From Leucoraja erinacea (lineage: Eukaryota): a stretch of 64,000 nucleotides of DNA. The position numbers and the translations under genes were made by a program. Each line of letters begins with the position of its first letter. Within the stretch, counting starts at the first letter, position 1. The stretch is from assembly GCF_028641065.1 (NCBI RefSeq), contig NC_073379.1, positions 75,640,001 through 75,704,000 of the forward strand, read 5' to 3'. A model generated the notes under the pieces. The model was not told the DNA's origin. It worked only from the letters and a program-made list of their open reading frames with translations, and ran no database searches. This document shows, piece after piece, positions 12,310-25,844 of the stretch.

Positions 12310-13330
12310 AACCAGCGAGGTGTGGGGCAGGTTGTTTACATGGAGGGTGGTGGGAGCCTGGCATTTAAGATGCTTGTAGATGGGCACATGAAAGTGCAGG
12401 GAATAGAGGGATATGGATCATGTGCAGGCAGATGAGATCAGTTCAGCTGTACATTATGTTCGGCACAAACATCGTGGGCTGTAGAGCCCGTTCCTGTGCT
12501 GTGCTGTTCTATTTTGTATTCTATAAAATTAACATGATGGTAACAATCAGAGGGTGGTGGAGGATGGTCATTTGTCAGATTGGAATCTTGTGACCAATGA
12601 TGTATTGCAGGGATTGGCGCTCAACCCTTTGTTATTTGTGATATATGTGAATGACTTGGACACAAATATAAGTGACATGATTAGTAAGTTTGCAGATAAC
12701 ACTAAAATCGAGGTATAGTGGACAGTGAAGTAAGTTGTCTAAAGTTCCGTGGCTATTTATTTATTGCTAAATTGGGCAAACGAATGGTAGATGGAATTTA
12801 ACTCCGACATGTGCAAAGTGACATACCTAGAGAATGGCAGGGTTCAGGGATGTGTTGTTGAAGAGACCTTGGTGTATAAGGTGTATGAAATGCACATGGC
12901 ACATGTGTCCTCATCACCCGAGGTGCTGAATATAAGAGTTGGGATGTAATGGAGTTCGGTCACTGCACTGTAGCATGCACATGATCAAATTAAAGGGTGC
13001 AGAAAAGATTCATAAGGGTGTTGCTAGGATGGAGGACTTATCTGAAGAGATTGGATCGGGTATGCTTTCCCTCAGGAAGTGACATGATAAGGGTATATAA
13101 AATCATGGGTGACACAAATTGGGTAAGTAGCCAGTGTCTGTCTCCCATGATAGGGGTGTCTGTCCAGAAACTAGAGGTTTAACATGTGAAGGAGGAAGTT
13201 TAAGGGGGATCTGAAGGGTAGTTTTTTAATGCAAAGAGTAATTGATGCCTGGAATAAACTACAAGGTTGGTGATGATGATAGGAACAGTAACAACAATTT
13301 AGAAGCATGGACATGTTCTTGAATGATCTA
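12310..13330 (+). mobile_element. Old degenerate CR1 fragments
   Basis: YVNDLDT..ISKFADNTKI..VQKRFIRVL..LDR motifs with many disablements. Confidence 0.7.
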
Positions 13331-14952
13331 AACTGAGTGATATGGAATTAGATTTATGTTTAGGTTTATTATTGTCCCGTGTACCGAGATACAGTGAAAA
13401 GCTTTGTTTTGCATGCCGTCGAACAGATCAGATATAAAAATTACATAAAACATTAATGTAAGTGTGATTCGGAACCACAGAAAAAGCGAAGAAAATCAAT
13501 TAAATTCAGAAGAATTAACTTCTGTTACTGATGAAAATGATAACTATATAAGCTTCCTTGTATTTCTATTCCAAAATCCTGAACTTCTATTCAGTCATAA
13601 TGCAGTGGATGTTTGATGTCAAACTGTGATTATGCTTTATAGAACCAAAGTAGTCCAAGTATAAGAGAATGGGCTTAAACCAGCTCACTATGACCTTACT
13701 TGAATCCTTGTGTGGGAGTCCATTCCATATGGCATTGATAGGATCACCTCTGTTGCAAAACTGGACAAACTACTGATCAATATTCATAGAAGGCTTTCCC
13801 TTTTTACCCAGGTTCTGTGTTCTGTGTGCTTAAGCAAAGCAAGAATTTCATTGTCCTATACAGGGACACATGACAATAAACTTACTTGAACTTGAACTTG
13901 AATGCTAGTTCTCTTTTTTTGCATCCACATTTGCCATCAAATGATTGTTTGAGAAGTGGGATGCACGCTTCAGTATTTATCTTGGCATCCTTTATACCAG
14001 TTCACCCGATACCATCCTATGTCCCCGCCCTTATACCAATTGTGGTAGTAAGATTTATTTTTGGTTTGCATGTGATTCTCAACGTCACGCGCAGTCAATG
14101 CACAGTCAATACACGCAAGCATTCAAAAGATTGTGACTAACATTGCTTAATTCCTTGCACAATGTGCGTTACCAAAAGATTTTCAAATGGCACAGGAACA
14201 AACTAGCGCAAATTTTATTATAGTATTATTTTATCATCTGTTTCCAAGTGAATGTCAGCATCTTGGCTATTCCCGTTCTTCACCTATGATGAATCAGATA
14301 AAATAAGTAATGTCAAAGTAATGTTTTCTCTTTTGCAAACTGGGGACTTGGAACATGCAAATCAGCCGTCGCAATGAATGAGCATAAACAATAGAGCATG
14401 TGCTTTTGTAGCTGTACTGCTTGTACGGTACGTTTTGTAAAGCCAGTCAGTTCAAAGCTACACTCTTCATGAAGTAAAATTGGTTATATATACTATAATG
14501 GCATAATCACTGTACAGTCTACCATGGGTGGATTTGACAAAGCAGTCCACAAGTCAGAACAAGGGTGTGCGTGCCATAATTGTGGTCAGGGGGTCAACAG
14601 ATCTTGTAAGAATCTTCTCTTCATTGTGCAAATATAGATAATCTTACAAATTGTTGCTACTACAACAGACTGCAACAAAAAAATCTAAGAACGAAGTGGA
14701 GGGCCACAGAAGGGGACTAAATTCCCTGATAATCCTGAAATAAGCTAATTTCCAGTTCAGCAACGTTGAGTCAAATGGCATCTGAATAGTTTGTCCATAC
14801 GGTTTTCCATAATATTTATTGTCCATGACAAGAGAGAGTCAAGAGTGTTTTATTGTCATATGTCCCAGATAGAACAATAAAATTCTTACTTGCTGTCGCA
14901 CAACAGAATATGTAAACAGTACACTGTAAACAATATATTAAACGAGAGAGAA

Positions 14953-15127
14953 NNNNNNNNNNNNNNNNNNNNNNNNNNNNNNNNNNNNNNNNNNNNNNNN
15001 NNNNNNNNNNNNNNNNNNNNNNNNNNNNNNNNNNNNNNNNNNNNNNNNNNNNNNNNNNNNNNNNNNNNNNNNNNNNNNNNNNNNNNNNNNNNNNNNNNNN
15101 NNNNNNNNNNNNNNNNNNNNNNNNNNN
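14953..15127. other. Assembly gap (175 N)
   Basis: Run of N. Confidence 1.
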
Positions 15128-16112
15128 CCGTTGGGTCCGTTCCCTCAACGCGCGGTTGTGAGGGGATGGGGCGGCCTGAGGCGTCACACACACACACACT
15201 AACCACCCCTCACACACACACTAACCACCCCATTAATATTATCTAAATATTATTAATTCCCTCCTTTTACCCCATGCCCTGCCCTATCCACTCACACATA
15301 GCCCCCAATTTGCAGGCACGGAGGGGGAGACGGAGGCACAGAGAGGGACACAGAGGCACAGAGAGGGACACAGAGGCGCAGAGAGGGACACAGAGGCGCA
15401 GAGAGAGACACGGAGTCACAGAGGGACACGGAGGCACAGAGAGGGACACGGAGGCACACAGAGAGAGACACACAGAGAGGGCCACACAGAAAGGGACAGA
15501 GGCAGGGGAGTTTCCTGCCTTTTGGAGCTGGGGATTCCAGGTATCTGCTGCCTTTTGGAGCTGGGGTTTCCGATTTGCGGCGTGTTTTGAGCGGGCGACC
15601 CTGCTGCTGCGAGCAGGCGAACGATCAAAAGCAGCAGAGGGCCGGCCGATCGTGGCTTCCGCAACGGGAAGACTTTACTCACTGCTCCGGGGAGAGAGAG
15701 AGAAAGGGAGAGAGAGAACAGGGCCCGCCTGCTGCTGCTGCTGCGAGCGGGCGGACGGTCAAAAGCAGCAGAGGGCTGGCCGATCGAGAGAAGGGGGTGG
15801 GGGGGGGGGGGAGGTGGGAAGAAGGGGGGGGGGTGAGAGTGGAAGAAGGGAGGGAGGAGAGGGGTAGGGCCGCCCAGCAGCCGCCGGCCTCTGAGTGAGC
15901 CTCAGCTCCATGGCCTCGCATCCTCGGCGCTTCAGACCCCGAGTACGGGGAGGGGGGGGTGAAGTGGGAGTGGAGGGGGAAAGGAAGGAGAGGATGGGGG
16001 AGAGAGGTGAGGTGGGGGGGGGGAGGGGGCGGATTGGGTGGTTGGAGTGTGCGGGCAGGCAGGCGGGTTGGAGTCCAGCAGCGGGAGCCATGGCACGAGT
16101 GTACTTGGAGGC
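15128..16112 (-). mobile_element. Helitron-family GC-rich element next to the gap, with a ~20-bp (cacagagagggacacagagg)n array at about 15322-15500
   Basis: Reverse complement gcctgcaaattgggggctatgtgtgagtgg matches subterminal blocks at about 58286 and 60626. The 3' end would fall inside the gap. Confidence 0.55.
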
Positions 16113-16114
16113 AT

Positions 16115-17470
16115 ACTGATTTCCTCATCTCAGTCCTAAATGGCTTACCCCTTATTCTTAAACTGTGGCTCCTGGTTCTGGATTCCCCCAACATCGGGAA
16201 CATGTTTCCTGCATCTAACGTGTCCAAACCCTTAACAATCATATATGTTTCCATGAGATTCCCTCTCATCCTTCTAAACTCCAGAGTGTATAAGCCCAGC
16301 CGCTCCATTCTCTCGGCATATGACAATCCTGCCATCCCGGGAATTAACCTTGTAAACCTACGCTGCACTCCCTCAATAGCAAGAATGTCCTTTCTCAAAT
16401 TAGGGGACCAAAACTGCACACAATACTCCAGGTGTGGCCTCACTAGGGCTCTGTACAACTGCAGAAAGAGCTCTTTGCTCCTATATTTGATTCCTCTTAT
16501 TATAAAGGCCTGCTGTACCTGCATGCTTACTTTCATAGACTGATGGACAAGGAGCCCCAGATCCCGTTGTACTTCCCCTTTTCCCAACTTGACGCCATTT
16601 AGATAGTAATCTGCCTTCCTGTTTTTGCAACCAAAGTGGATAACCTCACATTTATCCACATTAAACTTCTGCCCACTCCCACAAACTGTCCAATTCACCC
16701 TACATTCTCAGAGTATCCTCCTCACAGTTCACACTGCCACCCAGCTTTGTGTCATCTGCAAATTTGCTAATGGTACTTTGAATCCCTTCATCCAAATCAT
16801 TGATCTATATCGTAAATAGCTGCGGTCCCAGCACCAAGCCTTGCGGTACCCCACTAGTCACTGCCTGCCATTCCGAAAGGGACCCGTTAACCCCTACTCT
16901 TTGACAGTTCACACTGCCAACCACTACTCTATCCATGTCACCACTCTACCCCCAATACCATGTGCCCTAATTTTGCCCACTAGTCTGCTATGTGGGACCT
17001 TATCAATTGCTTTCTGAACGTCCAGGTACACTACATCAACTGGCTCTCCTTTGTCCATTTTCCTAGTTACATCTTCAAAAAATTCCAGAAGATTAGTCAA
17101 GCATGATTTCCCCTTCGTACAGCCATGCTGACTCGGACCGATCCTGTTATTGCTATCCAAATGTTTGGCTATCTCATCTTTTATAATTGACTCCAGCACC
17201 TTCCCCACCACCGATGTCAGGCTAACTTGTCTATAATTCCCTGTTTTTTCTCTCCCGCCTTTCTTAAAAAGTGGGATAACATTAGCTACCCTCCAATCCA
17301 CAGGAACTGATCCTGAGTCTATAGAACATTGGAAAATTATCACCAATGCATCCACGATTTCTAGAGCCACTTTCTTAAGTACCCTGGGATGCAGACCATC
17401 AGGCCCTGGGGATTTATCAGCCTTCAATCGCATCAGTTTACCCAACATAATTTCCTGCCTAATGTGGATG
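16115..17470 (-). mobile_element. CR1 LINE ORF2 (RT) fragment
   Basis: KSPGPDGLHPRVLK...[13 protein letters not shown]...SQHG...VYLD...KFNVDKCEVIHFG...RPHLEYCVQFWSP. Confidence 0.93.
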
Positions 17471-18927
17471 ACGCGATAGGCTGGAACACAGGAGACGGAG
17501 GGTGTGACCTTACAAAAGAATATAAGTTCATGAAGGATATTGGTAAGGTTCCAGTCATTTTCCCAGTGTAGGGAAGTCTAAAACTGGAGGGTATTTATTT
17601 AAGGCAAGAAGGGGAAGATTTAAAGGTACCTGAGGGACAACTTTTTCACAGAGGATGGTGGATTTGAGGAACGAGCTGCAGAGAAAGTGATACAGGCATT
17701 TAGGCAAGTACGTGCATAGGGCATGTTTAGGGTGATATGGGCCAAACACAGCAAAAGAGTAGCTCTGGTAGGCATCTTGGCTAACATGGATGAATGAGGT
17801 TAAAAGGCCTGTTTCTGGACTGACTGTTGAATATTAGACAGGAGCAGACTCGCTATTCTGAATGGCCTAATTCTGTTCATGACTTATCATCTGCATCCCA
17901 AGATTTTGGAAGGGTACAACTTTGCAGATAATACCTGCAGTGATAGTCATCTTCTAAAATTATATTGTTTCCACTAATTAAACTATAGCAAATATAGCTC
18001 CCCAATTTAAGAAAGAGGAGAGAGAAAGAGGTTTTTAGATAGCTTCAGAAGAGTTAGCCTGATAGTAAGAGTAGGGAAAGTGCCCAAATCCATTAGCAAA
18101 TCGGCTCAGAGGAAATAATTTTTGGGTTGTGGAGAATTAACATGGATATTGAAAGGGAGTTTGCTTTCCAATACTCAACTTTAAATGTTTTTATAATAAG
18201 CGGAATGGATGTGTTTCTGGGGGGGGGGGGGGGGGGGGGGGGGGGCATGGGGAATGATTGATGTAGTGTATTGGGACTTTCATAAAATATTATGCAAAAT
18301 TATTCAATAAACTAGGGTGCACTCTACCAGGGCTATTGTACTGGCAAGACTAAGGACTGATTATCTGACAGAAAATAGATGAGGAATAAACAGATTTTCA
18401 GTTGGGAGACTGTCACAATTGCAATGCCCTAGGGATTGGCTGCAACTGCTCAGAATCTTTATTAACAATTTGGAAGAGTGAATCACAGCGAATAGATTCA
18501 AGTCTGCTGAGGGCGGAAATATCAAATACTAGAGGACATAACTTTAAGTTGAGATGTTCAAAGTTTAAAGGAGATGTGGGGGGCAAATATTTTGTTAAAT
18601 GCCTGGAACATGCATTTAGCGGAGGTGGTGGAGGAAGCAAAGATGATCCATCATTTAAGAGGCGTTTAGATAGGTGCATTTAAATGGACGGAATGGGGGA
18701 TATCCAGATCATATGCAAGCAGATGGGATTAGTTTAATTCGGCATGATGTATGGCATAAAGGTCATCTGCCTTTTTCTGTGTGCAGTTCTTTGTGACTAT
18801 GACTCTAATTAACTCAACTTGGGCCCTATACACAGTTATTGAAGAGTAGGAAAGGTCAAACATGCATGATTTATTAAAAGCCTATGTCACTATTGGATCT
18901 AATTGTTATCTTTATTTTTGTACACAG

Positions 18928-19117
18928 TCTAAAAGAGCTGGAACTGTTTGGATGTCATGAACTAAATACACACTGCTTGACCCACATGGCTCAGGAATGC
19001 TTAAACCTGCAGATTCTGAACATCGGTCGAATCCCGAAGCTTACAATGCCTTGTTTGATACAGATAGTGACCAGTTTGAAAAATCTAAGAGCTCTGTATT
19101 TATCTGGTTTGAATGCG
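18928..19117 (+). CDS. LRR gene, visible coding exon 3
   Basis: tttttgtacacag|T; LKELELFGCHELNTHCLTHMAQECLNLQILNIGRIPKLTMPCLIQIVTSLKNLRALYLSGLNA; GCG|gtaaga donor (phase 0). Confidence 0.92.
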
Positions 19118-19659
19118 GTAAGACTACAAAAAATTGAACATTTAGATATCATGCTGGAGAAATTGGTATCTTCAGCACTCATTTTGTAAGCAGTAAATGG
19201 CTTTCTACATCTGATATATAGGTTCTTAATGAACTGTATGTTGTTTACCACCTTGGGATATGCCAAAGCTTGGCCATGCATCGCGAGACTTGACATAGGA
19301 GTTGGGTCTTTGCTTATGCAAGTAAAAAGCCTGGTGTCTGGCAGAAGGCATCACTGCATGATGAGTTTATGCTTTAAGCAACTACCTGGTAGATGTAAGG
19401 CGATAGGGTTATGTGTTTAAATATTCTGACCAGAATGAAAAGCTGCTTCTCCAAAACCAATGTTTTCTGCTTTTCTTTCTTTTAACCAGTAAGAAAGCAG
19501 CTACTGAGAATTTATTGACACGTTTCCATAGATGATTAAGGTCCCTTTCTATGATGCTGTGTACTTCACTAAATTTCATTGATAAATTTAAGGAATCCAT
19601 TGAGCCGATGTAAAACAAAAAAATGTGATTTTTTTTTTCTATTGACAATCAGTATATAT

Positions 19660-20217
19660 CATATAACCATATAACCATTTAACAATTACAGCACGGAAAC
19701 AGGCCAACTCGGCACTTCTAGTCCGTGCCGAACACTTATTCTCCCCTAGTCCCATCTACCTGCACTCAGACCATAACCCTCCATTCTTTTCCCATCCATA
19801 TACCTATCCAATTTATTTTTAAATGATAAAATCGAACCTGCCTCCACCACTTCGACTGGAAGCTCATTCCACACAGCTACCACTCTCTGAGTAAAGAAGT
19901 TCCCCCTCATGTTACCCCTAAACGTCTGTCCCTTAATTCTCAAGTCACGTCCTCTTATTTGAATCTTCCCTACTCTCAATGGGAAAAGCTTATCCATGTC
20001 AACTCTGTCTATCCCTCTCATCATTTTAAAGACCTCTATCAAGTCCCCCCCTTGACCTTCTGCGCTCCAAAGAATAAAGACCTAACTTATTCAACCTTTC
20101 TCTGTAACGTAGTTGTTGAAACCCAGGCAACATTCTAGTAAATCTCCTCTGTACTCTCTCTATTTTGTTGACATCTTTCCTATAATTAGGCGACCAAAAT
20201 TGTACACCATACTCCAA
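19660..20217 (-). mobile_element. CR1 LINE 3' end
   Basis: LEYGVQFWSPNYRKD...FFTQRVVAVWNELP; tail (ggttatat)n. Confidence 0.88.
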
Positions 20218-20364
20218 AGAGGTTGCACACATTTTGCCTCGGATGATTCTGATTTCCTAAGGCTTGTTATATAAGCTTTTTATATAAAAAAAGCTTTGCT
20301 GGTTCTTTTTTCACACTCGTTTTGTGTGCCTTTAGGATAAGGCTGGCATTGACCAGCAGACCAA

Positions 20365-20945
20365 GCTTAAAGTAAATGCTGTTTCTATTTGTCACATACA
20401 CATACAAGATGTACAGTGAAATTAAATTAGCTATGCTTGCGGGATTGTGCAAAACAACGGAACAGAACAGAACCAGTATTTACATTAAAGACACAACAGT
20501 ATTTAGACCCTGGTGAGATCAGAGTTTACAGTCCTGATGGCCTGAGGGAAGAAACTCTGTCTCATCCTCTCTGTTTTTGGTGCGTGACATCAGAGGCGCT
20601 TGCCTGACCGTCACAGCTGGAACAGTCCGTTGCTGGTGTGGCAGGTCATGATCTTGCAGGCTCTGGATCTGCACCTCTTGGTGTATAGGTCCTGCAGGGT
20701 GGGGAGTGTAGTTCCCGTGGCTCGTTCGGCAGAATGCACTACTCTCTGCAGAGCCTCCTGTCCTGGGCAGAGCTGTTGTCAAACCAGATAGAGATGTTTC
20801 CACTCAGGATATTTTCTACAGCACCAGAGTAGAAGGATTAAAGGATCCTCGGAGAGACTGAATTTCCTCAGCTGCCTAAGGTGGTAAAGGCGCTGCCTTG
20901 CCTTTCTCACCAGTGCGGCAGTGTGCATTGTCCATGTCAGATCTT
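20365..20945 (-). mobile_element. Rex1/Babar-like LINE 3' fragment
   Basis: Minus-strand pieces KARQRLYHLRQLRKF, FYSGAVENILSGNISIWF and TLQDLYTKRCRSRACKI. Confidence 0.75.
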
Positions 20946-21071
20946 ACTTTATTTCTGTGAAATTCGGACAACATTGCATTCTAGATCAGAAAAGCATCAC
21001 TTTCTCCTAAACTGCTTTAGATGATTAGAGTAGATGATAGGTCAAAAATCTATCATCGTATTAATACCAAT

Positions 21072-21390
21072 GGGCAACAGAGTGGTACAGCTGGTAAATC
21101 TGCTTCCTCACAGCGCCAGAGTCCTTGGTTTGATCCTGACCTTGGATGCTGTATGTGTGGAGTTTGCACGTTCTTCCTGTTACCACATTGGTTGCCTCCA
21201 GAGACTCTGGTTTTCTCCCCCATCCCAAAGACATGTAGGTTTGTAGATTAATTGGCCTCTGTAAATTGACTCTAGGGTGAAGGGAGTGGTTGTGAAAGTG
21301 GGATATAAAGAATTAGTGTGCATGGGTATTCGATGGTTGGCGTGGACTTGGTGGACCAAAGGACCAGCTTTCCTGCTGTATATTTCCATC
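21072..21390 (+). mobile_element. HE1-like tRNA-derived V-SINE
   Basis: tRNA-like head with A/B-box-like motifs (gtggtacagctgg...ggtttgatcc), core tgtgtggagtttgcacgttct...tcccaaagac...taattggcctctgtaaattg, CR1-derived tail. Confidence 0.8.
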
Positions 21391-21424
21391 AATTCAATCA
21401 ATCAACCCTGCTCCACCATCAAAT

Positions 21425-22095
21425 GGAGTCATAGTCACACAACATGGAAACAGGCCCTTCAGCCCAACTTGTCCATGCCGACCAAAATACTCCATCTAAG
21501 CTAGTCCCATTTGCCTGAGTTTGGCCCATATCCATCTATGTATCTGTTCAAATGTCTTTTAAATGCTGTTATAGTGCCTCAACTACCCCTCTAGCAGCTC
21601 ATTTTATACACCCACTATTCTCCAGTGAGTGAAGAAAATGCCTTTCAGGTTCCTAGTACCTCTTGCCACCTTCACCTTAAACCTCGATCCTCTGGTTCTT
21701 GATTCCCTTACCTTGGGTAAAAGACTCTGCATTCACCCTATGTATTCCCTTAATCTTCATTTACACCTCTGTAACGTCACCCCTCATCATGCTACACTCC
21801 AAGGAATAAAGTCCAAACCTGCCCAACCTTGCCCTACAGCTCAGGTCCTTGAGTCTCAGCAGCATCCTCGTAATTCTTCCTACAGCAGAATGACCAAAAC
21901 TGCACACAGTATTTCACGTGTGACCTCACTGATGACTTGTACAATTGTACATAATGTCCCAACTTCTTTACTCAATGCCCTGACTGATGAAGGCCAATGT
22001 ACCAAGAACCTTTTTTACCATCCTATCTACCTACGATGCCACTTTTAGGGAACTATGTAACTGTATTCCTGCACCCCTCAGCTCTACAACACTGA
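21425..22095 (-). mobile_element. Old CR1 3' fragment
   Basis: CR1 3' UTR motif aaacaggcccttcagccca and degenerate ORF2 end on the minus strand. Confidence 0.7.
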
Positions 22096-22491
22096 TGGAG
22101 AATGCGGGCAGAATCTGCTACATTCTGCAAGTTAAATGTCATCCCAATTGACAGGAGTTATTGATGTTTAAGTGTATGCAAAATAGAGCATGCCTGTTTT
22201 TGCACTGCATTTCACTTTCCATTATATGCCCATGACAAAAATCGTCTATTTGGTAACTAAAAAAATATTCATTTTGCAGAGAGTTTTGAGTTAAAATGAT
22301 GCACACTAGGATTCTATCCAATTAATTCTGTTTCTCTCCTCAAAATACGATTAGCTCACCAATGCCTGGAATGCGCATAAGTAATAGTCTGAAGTTGTTT
22401 GAATTCACATGGTTTGGTACTTCTTGTACCTACAAACAAAATGAATGGAGATAAGGTTGTGAATGAGCTGGAATTTTATAATTTTTTGTAG

Positions 22492-22619
22492 GTTTGTGAT
22501 TCGGTTGTGCATCACACTGCCAGACAATGCCCAAAAATGGACCGCCTCATTCTCAGCTCCTGCCCTCAGCTGACAGACATCAGTCTTTTTGAAATAGGAA
22601 CCTATTTGTCTACCATAAG
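22492..22619 (+). CDS. LRR gene, visible coding exon 4
   Basis: ttttttgtag|GTT; VCDSVVHHTARQCPKMDRLILSSCPQLTDISLFEIGTYLSTI; AG|gtaaga donor (phase 2). Confidence 0.92.
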
Positions 22620-23430
22620 GTAAGAAATCAAAGAAAAGCTTTTAATAATCACTCGGTACAATTTCCTGGAAGTCTGGTGCACACATTGTTGTTGGACTAG
22701 AACGAGCTCTGCATTTAGGAATTTCCAATGAATATCATGCCAGTCACCAAAATATCAACATTTGCTCACCTCTTCAGAAGTGATATACCAACATACCCTT
22801 TGGGTATTGATTGATTGATTGATTAGCTGTAGCTGGAACATGGGTTACCCCAACTTTGTGGTTTAGCCAAAATTCATGAGGGCTAAGTATCTCAGCACAT
22901 GTTCCACCAAGACGCAGGACAGAATGCCCCAAGAGATCCTTCTTCCTTGGGGCTATCAAACGTTACAACTCCTCCCCCTTTTGTTGTGTGGTAGACCCCA
23001 CCTCCTCAATCTTTGCACATGCCCCAAGCCTTTCCACTCATCACTTTAATTTCATGTTTCATGTATTTTGTGTTTTTTATGACTGTTGGCAGATCAATTT
23101 CCTTCCTGGGATAAATAAAGTTCTATCGTATCGTATCGTACCTTATTGTATCATATGAAATTTAAACCCCCAAAATATTGTCTCCATGAAATGCTGTGAT
23201 TTGAACCTGTGGGGAGGAATGTCAATTGCTGTGGGGGGGAAGAAGGAGGGAGAAAGAGTGGAGACAACTTTTAAAAAGCCAGCCAACTATTAAGAAGACA
23301 GAGATACACGGCTGTGAGGGTTGCCGGACATTTTACATTATCAGTCGGTTATCCTTGGTTCTGAAAATTACTGCGTACATTTTTTTTCCCAATGATCCAA
23401 TTAAATTTACCGGATTTCATGTTGAAATAT

Positions 23431-23570
23431 TTGCGGCGACCATAATGAGGCCGCGACTAGTTCCCAGATGCGGGAACTCCTCACGACCATGAAGGCGACT
23501 CCCCGGCAACCACCCGCGAACATGTGGCGACCATGTGGCGACTGCATAGTCTCCTGCAGTTGCCTACAAA
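23431..23570. mobile_element. Fragment of a Harbinger-type MITE interior
   Basis: CpG-rich ggcgac/gcgacc repeats similar in style to the other Harbinger MITEs in the window; no TIRs seen. Confidence 0.35.
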
Positions 23571-24241
23571 TGATGATCTTGTTTGCCACCTCTTTTCTTT
23601 GGTACTTTAATTGGACCAGGAGGTGTCCTTGCAACACTTCACCTCTGTCAAGTTTGCCCATGGAGTTTCTGGGTTCCTGCGCCTGGTTAAAAGTAGATCC
23701 CCTGCTAGCTTCCTGCAGTGGAATCTTAGGACATCAGCAGTGATGGTCCTCTTTCAGTCATGAATTCTTAATGTAATTTACTGCTGGATGCTTTACAACT
23801 CTTGCCAATAGTGGTGCTCCATATTAGTACTGAATATTAAGTAATCAGTGAACCAATGCATCAAGCCTCGATAGTACTTTAATAAACAGGCACCTATTTC
23901 AAGGGAGAGAAAATATATGTGGCCTATACATTTTCTTTCTTCATAACACCAATTTGTGATAATCAAAGATTTTCCTTCAACAGTTTAGGAACAATTGAAG
24001 TCACAATTAAAGGGTCCCATCCCGAAACGTCATTTATCCATGTTCTCCAGGGATCTGCGTGACCCGCTAAGTTACTTTTGTGAACCAGCATCTGCTGTTC
24101 CTTATTTCTATAATTAAAGTCACATTTAAAGTATGAACTTCCTTTATCCATGCTTTAAATGTATTCAGAGTAAACAAGTTGCTCTTAGAATGGACTAAGT
24201 GTTTTATAAACTATAGAAGAGAATGTCAAATACAAGCATCA

Positions 24242-24455
24242 TAGTGGTGAAGCTGGGCATTCAGAACCCTCGACATTGATCGGGACTGTCACGTGACCGG
24301 GTGTTCATTCGTGAGCTTTTGAGAGTAATCAGTAGTTAGTGGTCCTCGCATCGACAGGATCTTTAATCGTTAACTCTTGACTAGGTATGCGGTAGTTTGA
24401 GCATTTGTTATCGTTAATAAAGAATATTTCGCTCAACCTGCCTGGTCTTACTACA
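24242..24455 (+). mobile_element. 5'-truncated copy of the Gypsy LTR
   Basis: Nearly identical to 25111-25323; ends ...cttactACA and is not followed by a PBS. Confidence 0.85.
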
Positions 24456-25098
24456 ACATATCTTCTATACTTATAAAAGAGGAACGTGATTTTTCTATTT
24501 TTTTATCTGTGTTTGTTCTTTTTAATCAATGCCAAACAATTAAGTAAAGATCTGGATAATTGTACCTACCAGACATAAACACACTGACGTAAATAGATGA
24601 TTCTGTATAAAAATAAATCAAATTCTTGCAATTTCTCAGCATTTTAACTTAGAAACATCTATCACAATATTAGAATTATAAATTCAAATAAATTGAAAAC
24701 TGGTTAACTCACAGAATGACAGTATAATTCCTCGACAATGCCGAAATTGATCTACACCCTGCAGGAATCATCCAAACAAATTGATTAATGTAGGCTCTAC
24801 AGTAAACAGAAAAACAAGGTATTTAAAGTTAAAAATATCTTCCAGGCTTTAGATTTTTGTTGATAATGAGAATTGCTGTCCAGATGCCCATAAAGAAATA
24901 TTTTCTAACGCCTGAAGGCTGCCATGGTAATTATAATGATCATTGATTTCCAGATATCATGTCGTTCAAGGACATTAGATTAGATTTTCAAAGGCGTGAG
25001 TTGATGACAGGATGTCCATTTATTCTCACTGTAACTCTTTCACAATCTTTGGACTCAATTGTTGTATGTACAGGCGAATATTCTCTTGCAGGGGTTCC

Positions 25099-25334
25099 TG
25101 TAGCGGCACCTAGTTGTGAAGCTGGGCATTCAGAACCCTCGTCATTGGTCGAACTGTCACATGACCGGCGGTTCTTTCGCGGGCTTTTGAGAGTAATCAG
25201 TAGTTAGTGGTCCTCGCATCGACAGGAGCTTTAATCGTTAACTCTTGACTAGGTACACGGTAGTTCGAGCATTTGTTATCGTTAATAAAGAATATTTAGC
25301 TCAACCTGCCTGGTCTCACTAAATTGGTGACCCC
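25099..25334 (+). mobile_element. Gypsy 5' LTR (25099-25323) plus tRNA-Trp-like PBS (25325-25334)
   Basis: Starts TGTAG and contains AATAAA. It is followed by TGGTGACCCC, complementary to the tRNA-Trp 3' end, then the gag start (AVSLKLPVF). Confidence 0.85.
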
Positions 25335-25445
25335 ATCGATCCAAACGTTTTTTGGGTCAGATCATGAATGCCGCCAAGAACCTCGACTCCAGCAGAACGC
25401 GGTTTCGCTTAAACTGCCCGTTTTCCGGGCAGTCCAACCTCCAGA

Positions 25446-25844
25446 CTGATTCCTGGGATGTCAGGACTTTGATATGAAGAAAGACTGGATAGACTCGGCT
25501 TGTACTCGCTAGAATTTAGAAGATTGAGGGGGGATCTTATAGAAACTTACAAAATTCTTAGGGGGTTGGACAGGCTAGATGCAGGAAAATTGTTCCCGAT
25601 GTTGGGGAAGTCCAGGACAAGGGGTCACAGTTTAAGGATAAAGGGGAAATCCTTTAGGACCGAGATGATAAAAACATTTTTCACGCAGAGAGTGGTGAAT
25701 CTCTGGAACTCTCTGCCACAGAAGGTAGTTGAGGCCAGTTCATTGGCTATATTTAATGGGAGTTACATGTGGCCCTTGTGGCAAAAGGGATCAGAGGGTA
25801 TGGAGAGATGGCTACTGAGTTGGATAATCAGCCATGATCTTATT
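25446..25844 (+). mobile_element. CR1 3' fragment lacking its tail
   Basis: YSLEFRRLRGDLIETYKIL...FFTQRVVNLWNSLPQ; near direct repeat of about 30911-31325. Confidence 0.88.

Noticed and set aside
14816-15246. ORFs spanning X residues
   Set aside because: Artefact of translating through the N gap.
18219-18245. Long poly-G/C runs (also about 35045, 45610, 49333 and 57527) as functional elements
   Set aside because: Homopolymer lengths are unreliable in assemblies and most of these runs sit within repeats.
21072-21145. tRNA gene
   Set aside because: It is a degenerate tRNA-derived SINE head followed by SINE core and tail; no cloverleaf.
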